This document shows, in pieces, positions 28,722 through 41,042 of a DNA stretch of 49,752 nt. The notes below the pieces were generated by a model that was not told where the DNA came from, made no database searches, and saw only the letters and a list, made by a program, of their open reading frames with translations. Each line of letters starts with the position of its first letter. Position 1 is the first letter of the stretch. Origin of the DNA: Candidatus Hydrogenedentes bacterium CG07_land_8_20_14_0_80_42_17 (GTDB lineage: Bacteria; UBA8481); assembly GCA_002780065.1 (NCBI GenBank), contig PEWQ01000080.1, forward strand, positions 7,435-57,186. Reading direction: 5' to 3'. Made by a program: the position numbers and the translations under genes.

Positions 28722-29363
28722 ATGGAAGAACAAATCGAAAAAATAGCTGAACTGATCGAAGAGCCTGAGCAGAACTTCGAAGAAAAGCCGGAAGAGAAGA
28801 TAGTTTCAGCTGATTCAGGAGTGAAAAAGAGATGGTATGTAGTTCATACACAATCCGGTTTTGAAAATAAAGTGCAGGCAAATCTTGAAAAGCGTGTAAA
28901 AACTATGAACGTTCAAGACAAGGTCTTCAGAATTTTAATTCCTACAGAAGAAGTTGCTGAGATGCGTGACGGAAAACGCAAGATCATGAAAAGAAAGTTT
29001 TTTCCAGGTTATGTGTTGGTTGAGATGGAAGAGGACAGTAAGGACGCTTCACATATTATTAGAAACACACCTGGTGTCACAAATTTTGTAGGGGCTGATG
29101 GTCCTCAAGCCTTACCTGAAGAAGAAATAAAACAAATATTGAGACAAATGGGCATGTTTGGCGAAGTAGAGAAACCGAAAGTAAAACCGAAACTCGAATT
29201 AATGGTTGGCGAGTCGGTAAGAATAATGGACGGACCATTTCGTGATTTTGTTGGGCTCGTTGAAGAGACCAATCCTGATCGCGGAAAGTTAAAAGTTATG
29301 GTTACTATTTTTGGCAGGAGTGCTCCTGTTGAACTGGATTTCCTCCAGGTAACAAAGTTATAA
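28722..29363 (+). CDS. nusG: Transcription termination/antitermination factor NusG, with an acidic N-terminal extension
   Basis: [16 protein letters not shown] (NGN) and a KOW domain ([11 protein letters not shown]). ATG 28722 lies just after the secE stop. The track's 28617 start overlaps secE and is unlikely. Confidence 0.93.
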   Translation: MEEQIEKIAELIEEPEQNFEEKPEEKIVSADSGVKKRWYVVHTQSGFENKVQANLEKRVKTMNVQDKVFRILIPTEEVAEMRDGKRKIMKRKFFPGYVLVEMEEDSKDASHIIRNTPGVTNFVGADGPQALPEEEIKQILRQMGMFGEVEKPKVKPKLELMVGESVRIMDGPFRDFVGLVEETNPDRGKLKVMVTIFGRSAPVELDFLQVTKL

Positions 29364-29385
29364 GAGAACGGAGTGGAATGAAAAA

Positions 29386-29808
29386 ATGAAAAAGATTTTG
29401 ACTCAGATCAAACTGCAGATACCTGCAGGTAAAGCCAATCCTGCGCCGCCAGTTGGACCGGCTTTAGGACAGCATGGCGTGAACATAATGGCATTTTGTA
29501 AGGAGTTCAATGCAAAGACACAGAAGGAAGGCGACACAATAATTCCTGTTGTAATAAATGTGTATGCCGACCATTCGTTTGATTTCATAATGAAAACTCC
29601 TCCAGCCTCAATACTTTTGAAAAAAGCCGCAAAAGTTGAAAAAGGATCAGGAGAACCGAATCGTAATAAAGTTGGTTCTGTGACTTCTGCTCAAGTAGAT
29701 GAGATTGCAAAACTAAAGATGGTCGATTTGAATGCGACAACTATTGAGGCGGCGAAGAAGATAATAGAAGGAACAGCCAGATCTATGGGAATAGAGGTAA
29801 AGCCATGA
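29386..29808 (+). CDS. rplK: 50S ribosomal protein L11
   Basis: [28 protein letters not shown]. Confidence 0.97.
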   Translation: MKKILTQIKLQIPAGKANPAPPVGPALGQHGVNIMAFCKEFNAKTQKEGDTIIPVVINVYADHSFDFIMKTPPASILLKKAAKVEKGSGEPNRNKVGSVTSAQVDEIAKLKMVDLNATTIEAAKKIIEGTARSMGIEVKP

Positions 29809-30521
29809 AGGGACTGACAAAGAGAATGAAGACCGCAAGAGAAGTTGTGGGGCTCACATCTGCGGAAAAAGTGGTGGTAAATTTAGATGAAGCAGTCAAA
29901 CGCATAAAATCCGCCGCAAAAGCGAAATTTGATGAGACAGTTGATTTAGCGGTAAGACTTGGAATAGATACTGCTAAATCAGATCAGAATGTCAGAGGAA
30001 CAGTAATACTTCCGGGCGGAACTGGAAAGTCAGTTAGAATTGCCGTTCTTGCTCAGGGCGATAAGCAGAAGGAAGCGACAGAAGCCGGAGCCGATTATGT
30101 TGGCGGAGCGGAACTAGCTCAGAAGATTCAAGGCGGATGGTTTGATTTTGATGTTGCAATTGCAACTCCTGACATGATGAAAGAAGTCGGAAAATTGGGA
30201 AAGATACTTGGCCCAAGAGGATTGATGCCGAATCCTAAGACAGGCACAGTTACATTTGAAGTGACAAAAGCTGTGAAGGAATTTAAGGCAGGAAAAGTAG
30301 AATATAGAAATGACAAATCGGGAAATGTTCATGTGCCAGTAGGCAAGGCGTCATTTGCTGAAACAGCTTTATTGGATAATTTAAAGGCTGTAATCGGAGC
30401 GATTATTCGGTCTAAACCTAGAACAGCAAAAGGAACGTATCTCAAAGGCATTTCTCTTTCGTCAACAATGGGGCCAGGAATTAAAGTTGATTTGAACAGC
30501 ATTAAAGATATCGGGAGATAA
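29805..30521 (+). CDS. rplA: 50S ribosomal protein L1
   Basis: [14 protein letters not shown]...[12 protein letters not shown]. Confidence 0.97.
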   Translation: MKGLTKRMKTAREVVGLTSAEKVVVNLDEAVKRIKSAAKAKFDETVDLAVRLGIDTAKSDQNVRGTVILPGGTGKSVRIAVLAQGDKQKEATEAGADYVGGAELAQKIQGGWFDFDVAIATPDMMKEVGKLGKILGPRGLMPNPKTGTVTFEVTKAVKEFKAGKVEYRNDKSGNVHVPVGKASFAETALLDNLKAVIGAIIRSKPRTAKGTYLKGISLSSTMGPGIKVDLNSIKDIGR

Positions 30522-30525
30522 TAAA

Positions 30526-31080
30526 ATGGTAAAACCTGCGAAGATAGAGAATGTTAAGAGTATTCTTGAAGATTACGATTCTGTAGCGCGTCTGCGAGGC
30601 ATGGTGGTATTTGCCGAATTTGCAGGAATATCAGTTGAGCAGATGGCGAAGCTTCGAAGAAACCTTAGGACAAAGGACGTAAAGTTTAGAGTATTGAAGA
30701 ATACGTTGATATTGAAGGCTCTAAAGGAAAGCGGAGTTGAAGGTGCTGATTCGTTTCTGAAAGGACCGACTGCAGTGGCGTTTTCACCGGACGAGATTTC
30801 CGGTGCTAAGATACTTTATGCGTTTGCAAAAGAGATTGAACGTTTAAAAAAAGATTCTGCCAAGTTAATAATTAAGGGAGGAGTACTAGAAGGAAAGACA
30901 GTGTCTAAAGAAGAAGTTGAGCAGTTTGCAATGCTTCCGAGCAGAGAAGAGGTGTTTTCGAAGCTATTGGCAACGATTAATGCGCCTCTGGTAAATCTAT
31001 TAAGATTGATAAAGGAACCTGCGGCAAGATTGGCGCGAGTCATAAATGCCGCTGAAGAAAAGAAAGGTGAAATAATCTAA
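30526..31080 (+). CDS. rplJ: 50S ribosomal protein L10
   Basis: Synteny and the L10 pattern ([19 protein letters not shown]). There are only 4 nt after rplA, so there is no room for a separate L10 leader. Confidence 0.95.
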   Translation: MVKPAKIENVKSILEDYDSVARLRGMVVFAEFAGISVEQMAKLRRNLRTKDVKFRVLKNTLILKALKESGVEGADSFLKGPTAVAFSPDEISGAKILYAFAKEIERLKKDSAKLIIKGGVLEGKTVSKEEVEQFAMLPSREEVFSKLLATINAPLVNLLRLIKEPAARLARVINAAEEKKGEII

Positions 31081-31091
31081 GGAGGATTGAG

Positions 31092-31460
31092 ATGGATCTA
31101 GTTCAGATTAAGGACGCAATTAAAGGTTTGTCGCTCGCGGATGCGGCGGCTTTAGTAAAACAGCTCGAGGAAGAGCTTGGTGTTTCTGCGGCGGCGCCGG
31201 TTGCTGTTGCAGTTGCCGGTGCGGGTGCCGCGGCGGCAGAAGAGGAAAAAGACTCTTTTGACGTAATTTTAGTCAGTGGCGGTGAGAAGAAGATCAATGT
31301 AATTAAAATTGTCCGTGAATTGACCGGCTTAGGCTTGAAAGAAGCCAAAGACTTAGTCGATGCAGGCGGCAAAGCTATAAAGGAAGGCGTTTCTAAAGCA
31401 GAAGCTGAAGAGTTGAAGAAGAAACTAGTCGAAGCCGGCGCAACAGTTGAGATTAAGTAG
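31092..31460 (+). CDS. rplL: 50S ribosomal protein L7/L12
   Basis: Ala-rich hinge and a C-terminal domain ([12 protein letters not shown]...VEIK). Confidence 0.97.
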   Translation: MDLVQIKDAIKGLSLADAAALVKQLEEELGVSAAAPVAVAVAGAGAAAAEEEKDSFDVILVSGGEKKINVIKIVRELTGLGLKEAKDLVDAGGKAIKEGVSKAEAEELKKKLVEAGATVEIK

Positions 31461-31474
31461 TTTGAATTTAATTA

Positions 31475-31501
31475 GGCGGAGAGATAATAAGTTTCTCCGC
31501 C
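31475..31501 (+). terminator. Hairpin in the rplL-rpoB spacer (possible attenuator; no U-tract)
   Basis: GGCGGAGA-11 nt loop-TCTCCGCC. It sits at the position of the known rplL-rpoB attenuator in E. coli. Confidence 0.4.
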
Positions 31502-31654
31502 TATGCCTGTTTATCCGTGAGCTGTTCCTATAGTGGCGCAGTTTTCGTGTGGCCAATAATTGAACGACAATTCCGTTTATTTGTCTGAATTAATAGTATC
31601 ATGGAAAAATATTGTGCCTAACAGCGCAATTACGTATTTAGGAGGAAGAAAAGA

Positions 31655-34600
31655 ATGACCAGTGAGATGAACTCCTTTCGCGAAACAAATCCGTATTTTG
31701 AGAGGATATCTTTCGCAAAGTTGGAGTCAATTCAATCAATACCGGATCTAGTGGACATACAAAGAAGATCATATAGCTGGTTTTTGCAATCGGATTCTAA
31801 GCGTGAGGAGCGAAAGTATCAGGGCTTGGAGCAGGTCTTTCGCGAAATTTTTCCAATTTACGATTCTCATGAAAAAAATTTGACACTTGAATATTCAGGC
31901 TACACGATTGGTGGAAGCAAATATTCAGAATATCAATGCTGTGATCGAGACCAAACCTATTCTGCACCTTTAAAGATTAAAGTCCGTTTGATAAATCAGA
32001 AGACTGGTGAACTTCGAGAGCAGGATGTATACATGGGAGACATTCCTCTTATGACTTCAAGAGGAACATTTATTTTAAACGGAGCTGAGCGAGTAATAGT
32101 TAATCAAATACAGCGTTCTCCAGGAGTTGTTTTCGACCATGACGAAGGTAAAACCGACCCTTCCGGAAAACGATTATATTCGGCTAAAATAATTCCGTAT
32201 CATGGTGCATGGATTGAGATGGAGTATGAAATAGGAGATGTTCTTTCTGTAAGGCTTGATAAAAAACGCAAATTGCCTGTCACAGTATTTCTCCGCACGA
32301 TAGGATTTGAAAAAACATCTGATATTCTCAAACTTTTTTATCAGCCTAAGGTATTGAAATCAGGTTCTATTGGCGAAGGCAAAGATCATCCATGGACAAA
32401 ATCAGTTCTAATAGAAGATATCATTGATTCTGAAACTGGTGAAATAGTAGTTTTAGCCGGCGCTGAATTGAATGAGGATATAATTTCGCGAATAGAGGCT
32501 TTAGGCATCAAGCAGATTAAGGTTTGTGACATATCGGAAAAAGGCAGTGACGTCACTATATTACGAACACTAGAGGAAGAACGTCATAAGCTTGCAGAGA
32601 AAGACAATGTTCATATTACTGCTGACGAAGCGATATTGAAGATTATGGAAGTTTTGCGTCCAGGAGACCAAATGGTTCCTGACGCAGCCAGGCAGGAATT
32701 AAATAAACTCTTCTTCGCTAAGGATCTGCGGAAATATGACATGGGTGAAGTGGGCAGATATCAATTAGACAAAAAATTGGGGTTTGATTTAAGAAAAGTA
32801 AATGAACGTTATCTTAGACCTGAAGATATAATCGGAGTCATTTCAAAGCTAATACAGCTCAATCGTGAACAGACTCAAACTGATGACACGGATCATCTTG
32901 CAAACAGACGTGTAAGAACTGTTGGTGAGTTATTGCAGAATCAGTTTAGGCAAGGTTTGGCTCGAATGGAGAAGGTTATCATTCAGAGAATGACCACTCA
33001 AGACGAAGATACGATGACTCCTCAAGAATTGATAAACATTAAACCGGTCACTGCTATTGTTAAAGAATTTTTCGGTTCATCTCAATTATCTCAATTCATG
33101 GAGCAGACAAACCCGCTCTCAGAGCTTACTCATAAGAGAAGACTTTCCGCTCTAGGACCGGGAGGTTTAAAAAGAGAGCGCGCTCTATCTGATGTTCGTG
33201 ATGTTCATAGAACTCACTATGGACGAATTTGCCCTATTGAGACTCCTGAAGGTCCCAATATTGGGCTAATAGTTTCAATGGCCACTTATTCAAGAGTAAA
33301 TGAATATGGATTTATCGAGGCTCCGTATAGAAAAGTTATAGATGGAAAAATCACCAATGATGTGCACTGGCTTACTGCAGATTTGGAAGATAAATATACA
33401 GTTGCGCAGGCTTCTTCTGAAATAGATCCTAAGACGCGAAAATTTGTTGACAGTAAAGTTTTTGCTCGAAATAGAGCAAATTATTTTTTTGCATCTCCAA
33501 GCGAAGTAGAGTTCATGGACATTTCTCCTGAGATGGTGGTTTCCGTTTCAACTGCACTGATTCCATTTCTTGAGCACGATGATGCTAATCGAGCATTAAT
33601 GGGTTCAAACATGCAACGCCAGGCAGTTCCACTTTTGAAACCGGAGCCGCCAAGAATCGGAACAGGAATGGAAAAAATAGTCGCTTATGATTCTGGAGCA
33701 ATGGTCATTGCTGAAGAGGAAGGCTCAGTTGAGTATGTCGATTCATCGAGAATTCTGATTAAGCCGAAGGGAAAAATATCTGCAAAAGAATATCCATTAT
33801 TTAAATTCCATCGTTCAAATCAAAGTACGTGTATAAATCAGAGACCTCTAGTTAGAAAAGGCGATATTGTTAAAAAAGGACAAGTCATTGCTGACGGACC
33901 TTCAACAAGCAAGGCTGAATTGGCACTTGGAAGAAATGCTCTTGTAGCATTCATGTCTTGGGAAGGATACAACTTTGAAGATGCAATTGTGATCTCTTCC
34001 AGAATTGTAAAAGATGATGTATTCACTTCTATTCATATAGAATCGTTTGAGATTGAAGCTAGAGATACAAAGATAGGCAAAGAAGTTATTACAAAAGACA
34101 TACCAAATATATCAAAAGAATCAGTCGAGCAACTTGATGAAAATGGAATAATCAAAGTAGGGTCATGGGTTAAATCCGGTGACATTCTTGTGGGCAAAAT
34201 AACTCCGAAAGGATCGATTGATTTGACTCCAGAGCACAAATTGCTTTATTCAATTTTCGGGGAGAAAGCCAGAGATGTCCGTGACACTAGTTTAAGACTG
34301 CCTCATGGTGTTGAAGGTGTTGTTACTGACGTAAAAATATTTTCACGCCAAAAGCAGGATGAGTTAGGGCCTGGTGTAGAGATGAAAATCAAAGTGCTTG
34401 TTGCCAATAAGAGAAAGATAACTGTTGGAGACAAGATGGCGGGCAGGCATGGCAATAAAGGTGTAGTATCGATTGTTGTTCCAGAAGAAGACATGCCGTT
34501 TTTGAAGGACGGGACGCCGGTGGATATAGTTTTGAATCCTCTCGGAGTTCCTTCTCGAATGAATATCGGCCAGATTTTGGAGACACATTTTGGCTGGGCA

Positions 34601-35197
34601 GCGGAAAAACTTGATTTGAATATTGCAACTCCGGTCTTCAATGGAGCAAGCGAAAATGAGATAAAGTTTTATCTTGCTGAATCAGGTTTACCTTCATCAG
34701 GAAAGGTTCCCATTTATGATGGAAAGACCGGAGAAAAGATTGCAAATGACGTTGTAGTCGGAGTTATGTACATGCTGAAACTGCATCATCTTGTTGATGA
34801 CAAAATTCATGCACGCTCAACCGGCCCTTATTCGCTTGTTACTCAGCAACCGCTTGGCGGAAAGGCGCAATTCGGAGGACAGAGACTCGGAGAAATGGAG
34901 GTCTGGGCGCTTGAAGCTTATGGCTCTGCTTATGCTCTTCAGGAATTCCTGACAGTGAAATCAGACGATGTAGTCGGTAGATCAAAAGTTTACGAAGCAA
35001 TTGTTAAAGGTGAAAATTCGCCGTCGCCGGGTATACCTGAATCATTCAACGTTCTCGTGAAAGAATTGCAAGGTCTCGCATTGGATATGCAGGTTATATC
35101 TGAAGATGGAGAGATAATAGAGTTAGAAGAGACTGATGAGACGGATTTAGGTATGAATCTTCCTGGTGCGATGCACTTAAAAAAGAAGGAGTATTAA
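31655..35197 (+). CDS. rpoB: DNA-directed RNA polymerase subunit beta
   Basis: 1180 aa; [30 protein letters not shown] (rif cluster), [12 protein letters not shown]; GGAGG RBS. Confidence 0.98.
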   Translation: MTSEMNSFRETNPYFERISFAKLESIQSIPDLVDIQRRSYSWFLQSDSKREERKYQGLEQVFREIFPIYDSHEKNLTLEYSGYTIGGSKYSEYQCCDRDQTYSAPLKIKVRLINQKTGELREQDVYMGDIPLMTSRGTFILNGAERVIVNQIQRSPGVVFDHDEGKTDPSGKRLYSAKIIPYHGAWIEMEYEIGDVLSVRLDKKRKLPVTVFLRTIGFEKTSDILKLFYQPKVLKSGSIGEGKDHPWTKSVLIEDIIDSETGEIVVLAGAELNEDIISRIEALGIKQIKVCDISEKGSDVTILRTLEEERHKLAEKDNVHITADEAILKIMEVLRPGDQMVPDAARQELNKLFFAKDLRKYDMGEVGRYQLDKKLGFDLRKVNERYLRPEDIIGVISKLIQLNREQTQTDDTDHLANRRVRTVGELLQNQFRQGLARMEKVIIQRMTTQDEDTMTPQELINIKPVTAIVKEFFGSSQLSQFMEQTNPLSELTHKRRLSALGPGGLKRERALSDVRDVHRTHYGRICPIETPEGPNIGLIVSMATYSRVNEYGFIEAPYRKVIDGKITNDVHWLTADLEDKYTVAQASSEIDPKTRKFVDSKVFARNRANYFFASPSEVEFMDISPEMVVSVSTALIPFLEHDDANRALMGSNMQRQAVPLLKPEPPRIGTGMEKIVAYDSGAMVIAEEEGSVEYVDSSRILIKPKGKISAKEYPLFKFHRSNQSTCINQRPLVRKGDIVKKGQVIADGPSTSKAELALGRNALVAFMSWEGYNFEDAIVISSRIVKDDVFTSIHIESFEIEARDTKIGKEVITKDIPNISKESVEQLDENGIIKVGSWVKSGDILVGKITPKGSIDLTPEHKLLYSIFGEKARDVRDTSLRLPHGVEGVVTDVKIFSRQKQDELGPGVEMKIKVLVANKRKITVGDKMAGRHGNKGVVSIVVPEEDMPFLKDGTPVDIVLNPLGVPSRMNIGQILETHFGWAAEKLDLNIATPVFNGASENEIKFYLAESGLPSSGKVPIYDGKTGEKIANDVVVGVMYMLKLHHLVDDKIHARSTGPYSLVTQQPLGGKAQFGGQRLGEMEVWALEAYGSAYALQEFLTVKSDDVVGRSKVYEAIVKGENSPSPGIPESFNVLVKELQGLALDMQVISEDGEIIELEETDETDLGMNLPGAMHLKKKEY

Positions 35198-35200
35198 AAT

Positions 35201-38200
35201 ATGTGGAACATTAATGAATTCGCAGCCATCTCAATTCGCATGGCATCTCCAGAGCGAATTCTGGAGTGGTCTCACGGTGAAGTTAAAAAACCGGAAACTA
35301 TTAATTACCGAACTCTAAAACCTGAGCTTGAGGGATTATTTTGCGAACGAATTTTCGGTTCCACAAAAGATTGGGAATGCTACTGCGGAAAATTTAAATC
35401 AATTCGATACAAGGGCGTAGTTTGCGACAGATGCCAAGTTGAAGTAACTCACTCAAAGGTACGTCGTGAAAGAATGGGACACATTGATCTCGTCGCTCCT
35501 GTATCTCACATTTGGTATTTTAGAGCTACTCCGTCAAAAATGGGAGTTTTGCTAGGAATGAGAGTTAAGGATTTAGACAGAGTTCTTTATTTTCAGAGCT
35601 TTGTAGTTACAAATCCCGGTTCTACTCCGCTTAAGAAAAAGCAATTGCTTTCTGAAGAGATGTATCAAGATGCAGTGTCGACTTATGGCAACACATTTAA
35701 GGCTCAAATGGGAGCTGAAGCAATTCGTGAACTTCTTGTTGATATTGATTTACCTCAGTTGAGGCATGAGATACGCGAGCAGTTGAAGATTATGAAGTCG
35801 AAGCAGGACATCAAACAGCTGATTCGCCAGCTTTCGGTTGTTGAAGCGTTTATTTCGTCGGGAAACAAACCAGAGTGGATGATTATGACTCGTCTTCCTG
35901 TAATACCTCCTGAATTGAGACCGATGGTTCAACTTGATGGTGGAAGATTTGCAACCTCCGACTTGAATGATTTATATCGTCGAGTTTTAAATCGCAACAA
36001 CAGATTGAGAAGACTTATAGAGTTGAAAGCTCCATCTATTATTATTCGAAATGAGAAGAGAATGCTTCAGGAATCAGTCGATGCATTGTTGGATAATGGC
36101 AGAAGAGGCAGACCTGTAAAAGGCGCCAGCAACAACAGAGTTTTGAAATCTCTTTCCGATATGTTGAAAGGAAAGCAGGGCAGATTCCGTCAGAATCTTC
36201 TTGGCAAACGCGTTGATTATTCAGGAAGGTCAGTCATTGTAGTAGGACCTGAGCTGAAACTTAATCAGTGCGGACTTCCAAAGAAGATGGCTCTTGAGCT
36301 GTTTAAACCGTTCATTATGCGTGAGCTTGTAATAAGAGGAAAGGCATCCAACATCAAAGCCGCGAAGAAGATGGTGGAGCGTGAAGATAAAGAAGTTTGG
36401 GAGGTTATTGAAGATGTAATAGCCGATCATCCTGTGCTTCTTAATCGAGCTCCGACTCTTCATCGACTTGGCATTCAAGCATTTCAGCCGGTGCTAGTCG
36501 AAGGAAAGGCAATACGCGTGCATCCTTTGGTATGCGTTGCATTTAACGCAGATTTTGACGGAGACCAGATGGCAGTGCATGTTCCGCTTTCTTCCGAAGC
36601 AATTGTGGAATGCAAATTGTTGATGATGGCCGATAGAAATATTCTATCTCCGGCTTCAGGAAAGCCAATTATTACTCCGACTCAAGATATTGTTCTCGGA
36701 ATATATTATCTAACAAAAGAGCGCGAATCTGCTTCTCAGTTAAGCAAACTTTTTGCGGATGCAGATGAATGTCTGTATGCGTATGAAACAGGTAAGCTTA
36801 ATCTGCATGGTAAGGTCAGGGTTCGAATTGACGAAAGAATAAATGGAACGATAAAAAGAAGTATTGTCGAAACAACTCCAGGCAGATTAATTTTCCGAAG
36901 CGCTTTTCCTGACGATTTTGAATTTTCAAAGACTAATAAAACAATAACAAAGGCTTTGTTAGGCAAATTGATAGATGAATTATTCAGAAGATATGGAGAG
37001 TCTACGACTGCAAGCATTGCTAACGCGATCAAAAATTTTGGCTTTACTTATTCGACAAAAGCCGGAATTTCAATCGGTATCGATGATATGAAGGTACCTG
37101 CTGCAAAAGAACAGCTTTTAGCTCGCGCAAAAGAAGATGTCGATAAGATTAACTCTCAATATGAACGCGGAGTTATTACAGAACAGGAGCGATACACATC
37201 GATTATCAATCTTTGGACAAACAAAACTGATGAAGTTGCAAAGGTCATGTTTGATGAGATTGAAGCGGACAGAGAAGGATTCAATCCGATTTATATTATG
37301 GCTGATTCAGGCGCTAGAGGCTCGAAGGCGCAGATTAAACAGCTTGCCGGCATGAGAGGACTAATGGCTGACCCATTTGGAAAAATTAGAGAAACTCCTA
37401 TTCAGTCAAATTTTCGTGAGGGAATGTCAGTCATAGAATTTTTCCAATCTACGACGGGATCAAGAAAGGGCTTGACTGATACAGCGTTGAAAACAGCCAA
37501 TGCAGGATATTTAACTAGAAGACTGGTAGATGTATCACAAGATGTAGTAATTAATGAACTTGATTGCGGAACAAAAGAAGGACTTTTATTTAAGAGTTCT
37601 GACGAGGGGGCTGATCCGCTGTCTCAGAGAACCCTTGGACGATTTGTAGCGGAAGACGTTGAAGACCCTAGAAGTTCATCTTCAGGTATAATTCTCAAAG
37701 CAGGAACTTATATAGACAATGAAGTTGCTGATCTTATCAAAGAAACTGGAATTGAGGAGATTAAGATCAGGTCTGTATTGACTTGTCAGTCTCTAAAAGG
37801 TATTTGTCAAAAATGCTATGGAAGAGATTTAGCAACAGGAAGAGTAGCGGAGATTGGAGAGGCAGTCGGTGTTATTGCAGCTCAGTCGATCGGTGAACCT
37901 GGAACTCAGTTGACTCTAAGAACATTTCATGTTGGCGGAACTGCATCTGCAGACGACACATATTTGCGTGCGAGATTTTCAGGTGTAATATCTTCTCTTC
38001 CTCCGCTTAAGAAGCAGTCTGACGGAACAATATATGTGATTGAAGAAGGCTTCATTAAAGGACGTAGAATAGATCGTATTGAAATTATTCAAAAAAATTC
38101 AGTAAGATATTCTAGTTCGAGAGGCATTATTCAGGAACAGCCTTTAAAGGCAAATCAGAAGGTTGAAATTTCAGTTAAGAACGGAACAAATGTCAAAGCT

Positions 38201-40135
38201 GAAGAAGAAATTTTGAGAATTGATATTATTGCTCCGGAAGATTGCAAAGTCAGATCAGTAAAGAAAGATTCAATAATTATTTCGACCTCAGGCAAGAAAG
38301 ATAAAAGGATTGAAGTTCCTGCAGGTTTGAGACCTCTTGTTTCAGAAGGCGAAAAAATATCTAAAGGAGATCCTCTTGTCAGAAGATCATTTAATGCTTC
38401 ATTTGCAGGAACAGTTAAGATAGAGAAACGCGAGGGCTTGGAAAGTATAAAACTCATTTCTTTAGTTGACGAAAATATTTCAGCAACTTCTGAACAAGGT
38501 AAGCTTATAGAGACACCTTCTATTATAGGAATGGAGCCGAGTGTTTTAGTTAGAGCAGAGGTCGGAATAAAAGAGATTATAGGTTTAAATCCGTCATTCA
38601 GACCAATTATTTCGAAATTGTCAGGAAGAATTGAATTCGAGAATGCAGCATTACAAAAAGAAGGAAATGATCACATAATTATTAAACCTTCACAACAAGA
38701 AGTAACATCAGGCACAGCATTGATGATGATATGGAAGGGCAGTGAATATGTGATAGGAACCAATGACGAGTTATTAGTGGAAGATGGTCAACAAGTCGAG
38801 ATTGGAACTAAAATTTCGAAAAATTTTGAATCTTCAAATAGCGGAACATTGCATATTGTACGAGAATATATTTCTAAAGATGGAAAGCAAAAAGTTTTGA
38901 TTGTTAGAGTAGTTGAGCAAGGCGACAGACAAATGCTTGCATATCTAAACTATACAAAACCATCTGCAAGCACTACTCGTTCGAAATCCCTATCAAAAGT
39001 TAAAAAGCAAAATATTAAATTGGTATCAAAATGCCATGTAGTGAGGCATGACCTTTTCAGAGAGTATGAGAAGAACGTTGTATTTTTGAATAAGAAATTA
39101 GAAGAACTAAGAGGTGTTCGAAAAGAATTCAATGCAAAGACCAATCTATTTGTTAAAGAGCAATACATATTGCCTACTCAGAAGACCATTTCTGAGATAA
39201 CTGAGATTGAGCAAAAGCTGTCTAAGCAGAGAGAAGCAGTTACTGTTGAAAAGGGTGATCTAATCATCAAATACTTCTCTGATTTCCTGCAAGGCGCTAG
39301 AGAAAACTCTTCTGAAAAAGCAGGAATGACAAAAGACATTACCGGAGGCCTGCCGCGTGTTGAAGAACTTTTTGAGATTAGAAAGCCTAAATCGACTCCG
39401 GCTTGCATAACGCCTGTTGATGGCAAGATACATTCTATCGATAAGGATAAAGAAGGCGGTAAAGATTATTGTGTTATTAAGGGAATTGACAATTCAGAAT
39501 ACAAAATTGATATTCCGCCTGATCGGCATATAACAGTTCGATTACAGGATGAAGTTAAGGCTGGAGATCTTTTGACGGACGGGCCTGTTGATGTTCATGA
39601 ACTACTGAAGGTTAAAGCTGAAACTGAAGTTCAGCAATACATAGTTAGTGAGGTTCAAGACGTCTATAGAATGCAGGGTGTTGAGATTAACGACAAACAT
39701 ATTGAAGTCATTGTAAGGCAAATGATGAGAAAGGTTCGGATTGACGATCCTGGTGATACAGAATTTTTAACCGATGATTTGGTAGATAGGCTGAGACTGA
39801 GTGAAGAAAACTCAAGGGTAACGAATTTGGGTAAGAATCCTGCGACATATTCCCTAGTTTTATTAGGTATTACTAAGGCGGCAAAGCATTCTGATTCATT
39901 TATTTCAGCAGCGTCATTCCAGGAAACGACATGGGCATTGACGCAAGCTGCGGTTCTAGGCAAGCGAGATGAACTTAGAGGTTTGAAGGAAGCAGTAATA
40001 ATTGGCCATTTGATACCTGCTGGAACTGGTTTAAAGAAATATCGTGAAGGTGCTAATTACGAAAAGGTAGTTACTGAGTCTAAAATTATCGAACAAGACA
40101 TAACGAAGAAAGAATTAGTTCCAACAGAATTGTAA
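35201..40135 (+). CDS. rpoC: DNA-directed RNA polymerase subunit beta-prime, with a very large lineage-specific trigger-loop insertion
   Basis: [12 protein letters not shown] active site and a Zn finger CYCGK...CDRC. About 462 aa lie between FHVGGTAS and DITGGLPRV. Confidence 0.98.
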   Translation: MWNINEFAAISIRMASPERILEWSHGEVKKPETINYRTLKPELEGLFCERIFGSTKDWECYCGKFKSIRYKGVVCDRCQVEVTHSKVRRERMGHIDLVAPVSHIWYFRATPSKMGVLLGMRVKDLDRVLYFQSFVVTNPGSTPLKKKQLLSEEMYQDAVSTYGNTFKAQMGAEAIRELLVDIDLPQLRHEIREQLKIMKSKQDIKQLIRQLSVVEAFISSGNKPEWMIMTRLPVIPPELRPMVQLDGGRFATSDLNDLYRRVLNRNNRLRRLIELKAPSIIIRNEKRMLQESVDALLDNGRRGRPVKGASNNRVLKSLSDMLKGKQGRFRQNLLGKRVDYSGRSVIVVGPELKLNQCGLPKKMALELFKPFIMRELVIRGKASNIKAAKKMVEREDKEVWEVIEDVIADHPVLLNRAPTLHRLGIQAFQPVLVEGKAIRVHPLVCVAFNADFDGDQMAVHVPLSSEAIVECKLLMMADRNILSPASGKPIITPTQDIVLGIYYLTKERESASQLSKLFADADECLYAYETGKLNLHGKVRVRIDERINGTIKRSIVETTPGRLIFRSAFPDDFEFSKTNKTITKALLGKLIDELFRRYGESTTASIANAIKNFGFTYSTKAGISIGIDDMKVPAAKEQLLARAKEDVDKINSQYERGVITEQERYTSIINLWTNKTDEVAKVMFDEIEADREGFNPIYIMADSGARGSKAQIKQLAGMRGLMADPFGKIRETPIQSNFREGMSVIEFFQSTTGSRKGLTDTALKTANAGYLTRRLVDVSQDVVINELDCGTKEGLLFKSSDEGADPLSQRTLGRFVAEDVEDPRSSSSGIILKAGTYIDNEVADLIKETGIEEIKIRSVLTCQSLKGICQKCYGRDLATGRVAEIGEAVGVIAAQSIGEPGTQLTLRTFHVGGTASADDTYLRARFSGVISSLPPLKKQSDGTIYVIEEGFIKGRRIDRIEIIQKNSVRYSSSRGIIQEQPLKANQKVEISVKNGTNVKAEEEILRIDIIAPEDCKVRSVKKDSIIISTSGKKDKRIEVPAGLRPLVSEGEKISKGDPLVRRSFNASFAGTVKIEKREGLESIKLISLVDENISATSEQGKLIETPSIIGMEPSVLVRAEVGIKEIIGLNPSFRPIISKLSGRIEFENAALQKEGNDHIIIKPSQQEVTSGTALMMIWKGSEYVIGTNDELLVEDGQQVEIGTKISKNFESSNSGTLHIVREYISKDGKQKVLIVRVVEQGDRQMLAYLNYTKPSASTTRSKSLSKVKKQNIKLVSKCHVVRHDLFREYEKNVVFLNKKLEELRGVRKEFNAKTNLFVKEQYILPTQKTISEITEIEQKLSKQREAVTVEKGDLIIKYFSDFLQGARENSSEKAGMTKDITGGLPRVEELFEIRKPKSTPACITPVDGKIHSIDKDKEGGKDYCVIKGIDNSEYKIDIPPDRHITVRLQDEVKAGDLLTDGPVDVHELLKVKAETEVQQYIVSEVQDVYRMQGVEINDKHIEVIVRQMMRKVRIDDPGDTEFLTDDLVDRLRLSEENSRVTNLGKNPATYSLVLLGITKAAKHSDSFISAASFQETTWALTQAAVLGKRDELRGLKEAVIIGHLIPAGTGLKKYREGANYEKVVTESKIIEQDITKKELVPTEL

Positions 40136-40153
40136 TTTGGGAGTTAAAAAAAG

Positions 40154-40183
40154 TGTAGAGACGCAAAAATTTGCGTCTCTACA
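40154..40183. terminator. Hairpin terminator between convergent rpoC and ssb
   Basis: TGTAGAGACGCAAA/TTTGCGTCTCTACA: a 14-nt inverted repeat (apical pairs open to form the loop). It is A-rich on one flank and T-containing on the other. Confidence 0.7.
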
Positions 40184-40212
40184 TTGAACAAATTTTTTCA
40201 TTATTGAATCGA

Positions 40213-40626
40213 CTAAAATGGTATAGAGTTTTCTTCGACTGTTGTGGTTTTATCAGATTCGGGTTGATTTTTTAATACAGTTGTTTTACCTGCTGTTGAC
40301 CAGTTTACGTCTTCTGCATATAGTCGATACGTTTGTTTGGTTTTTCCGTCGCCGCTTTTCCATTCGTTTAGCACAAGCCTTCCTTTGACAATCACAGGTG
40401 TCCCTTTTTTAATATAATTAGGAATTCGTTCAGCCAATTTGCCGAAGGTTTCAGCAGTGATGAAAAGGTCATTTCTTTTTAATTCAGATTCAGGATTTTC
40501 CTTATCTTTATAGAATCGGCTTGATGCGAGCCTAATAGAGGTGATTGGCGTTCCTTTTGGAGTAAAACGTAATTCAGGATCCGCAACTAATCTTCCACTC
40601 AAAAGAACTATGTTTACATCAGACAT
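40213..40626 (-). CDS. ssb: Single-stranded DNA-binding protein
   Basis: OB-fold N-terminus (NIVLLSGRLVADPELRFTPKG) and the canonical acidic tip ...EENSIPF. Confidence 0.93.
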   Translation of the reverse strand: MSDVNIVLLSGRLVADPELRFTPKGTPITSIRLASSRFYKDKENPESELKRNDLFITAETFGKLAERIPNYIKKGTPVIVKGRLVLNEWKSGDGKTKQTYRLYAEDVNWSTAGKTTVLKNQPESDKTTTVEENSIPF

Positions 40627-40860
40627 TTAATATTCCTCCTCTTGTCTTCTCATATTTTGAGAAGTTTTTCCAAATAACCGTTTCCAGCCAAGCTGTCTAA
40701 TCTCTGCAAGAGTTGCTAAATTTTCGCTAGGCAGAGTAAAATACCGTTGGCCCCTCAAAGGAAATTCCACCACAGCAATTTTAACTTTCTGTCCTTTAAC
40801 TATGATGAATTTCCCTAATCCATACTCCGGATGAATAACCGTTTCTCCAATTCGAAACAT
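40627..40860 (-). CDS. Small (77 aa) CarD/CdnL/TRCF RID-like (Tudor-like) domain protein
   Basis: MFRIGETVIHPEYGLGKFIIV...VVEFPLRGQRYFTLPSENL resembles the CarD N-terminal RNAP-interacting domain pattern (F.VGD.VV.P.HG.G...VP..N). GGAGG lies 7 nt upstream of ATG 40860. The stop abuts the ssb ATG. Family assignment is by eye only. Confidence 0.5.
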   Translation of the reverse strand: MFRIGETVIHPEYGLGKFIIVKGQKVKIAVVEFPLRGQRYFTLPSENLATLAEIRQLGWKRLFGKTSQNMRRQEEEY

Positions 40861-41042
40861 TGTTTTCCTCCTTGAAATATTATTAAGCATTATGCGTGCC
40901 ACATATAACACTATAATTTTCAAAACTTATTTTACAAATATGTTTGGAAATTGTACTAAAGTACATAGATACAGATTACGCATGATTGAATAACCTATTG
41001 ACCTTATCCTCAAAGAGAATTATAGATTGAATAATAAAGACT

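Noticed and set aside
31461-31654. Possible DnaA box (TTATCCGTG) and regulatory RNA in the rplL-rpoB spacer
   Set aside because: It is a single imperfect box with no cluster. The hairpin is adequately explained as the conserved rplL-rpoB attenuator position.
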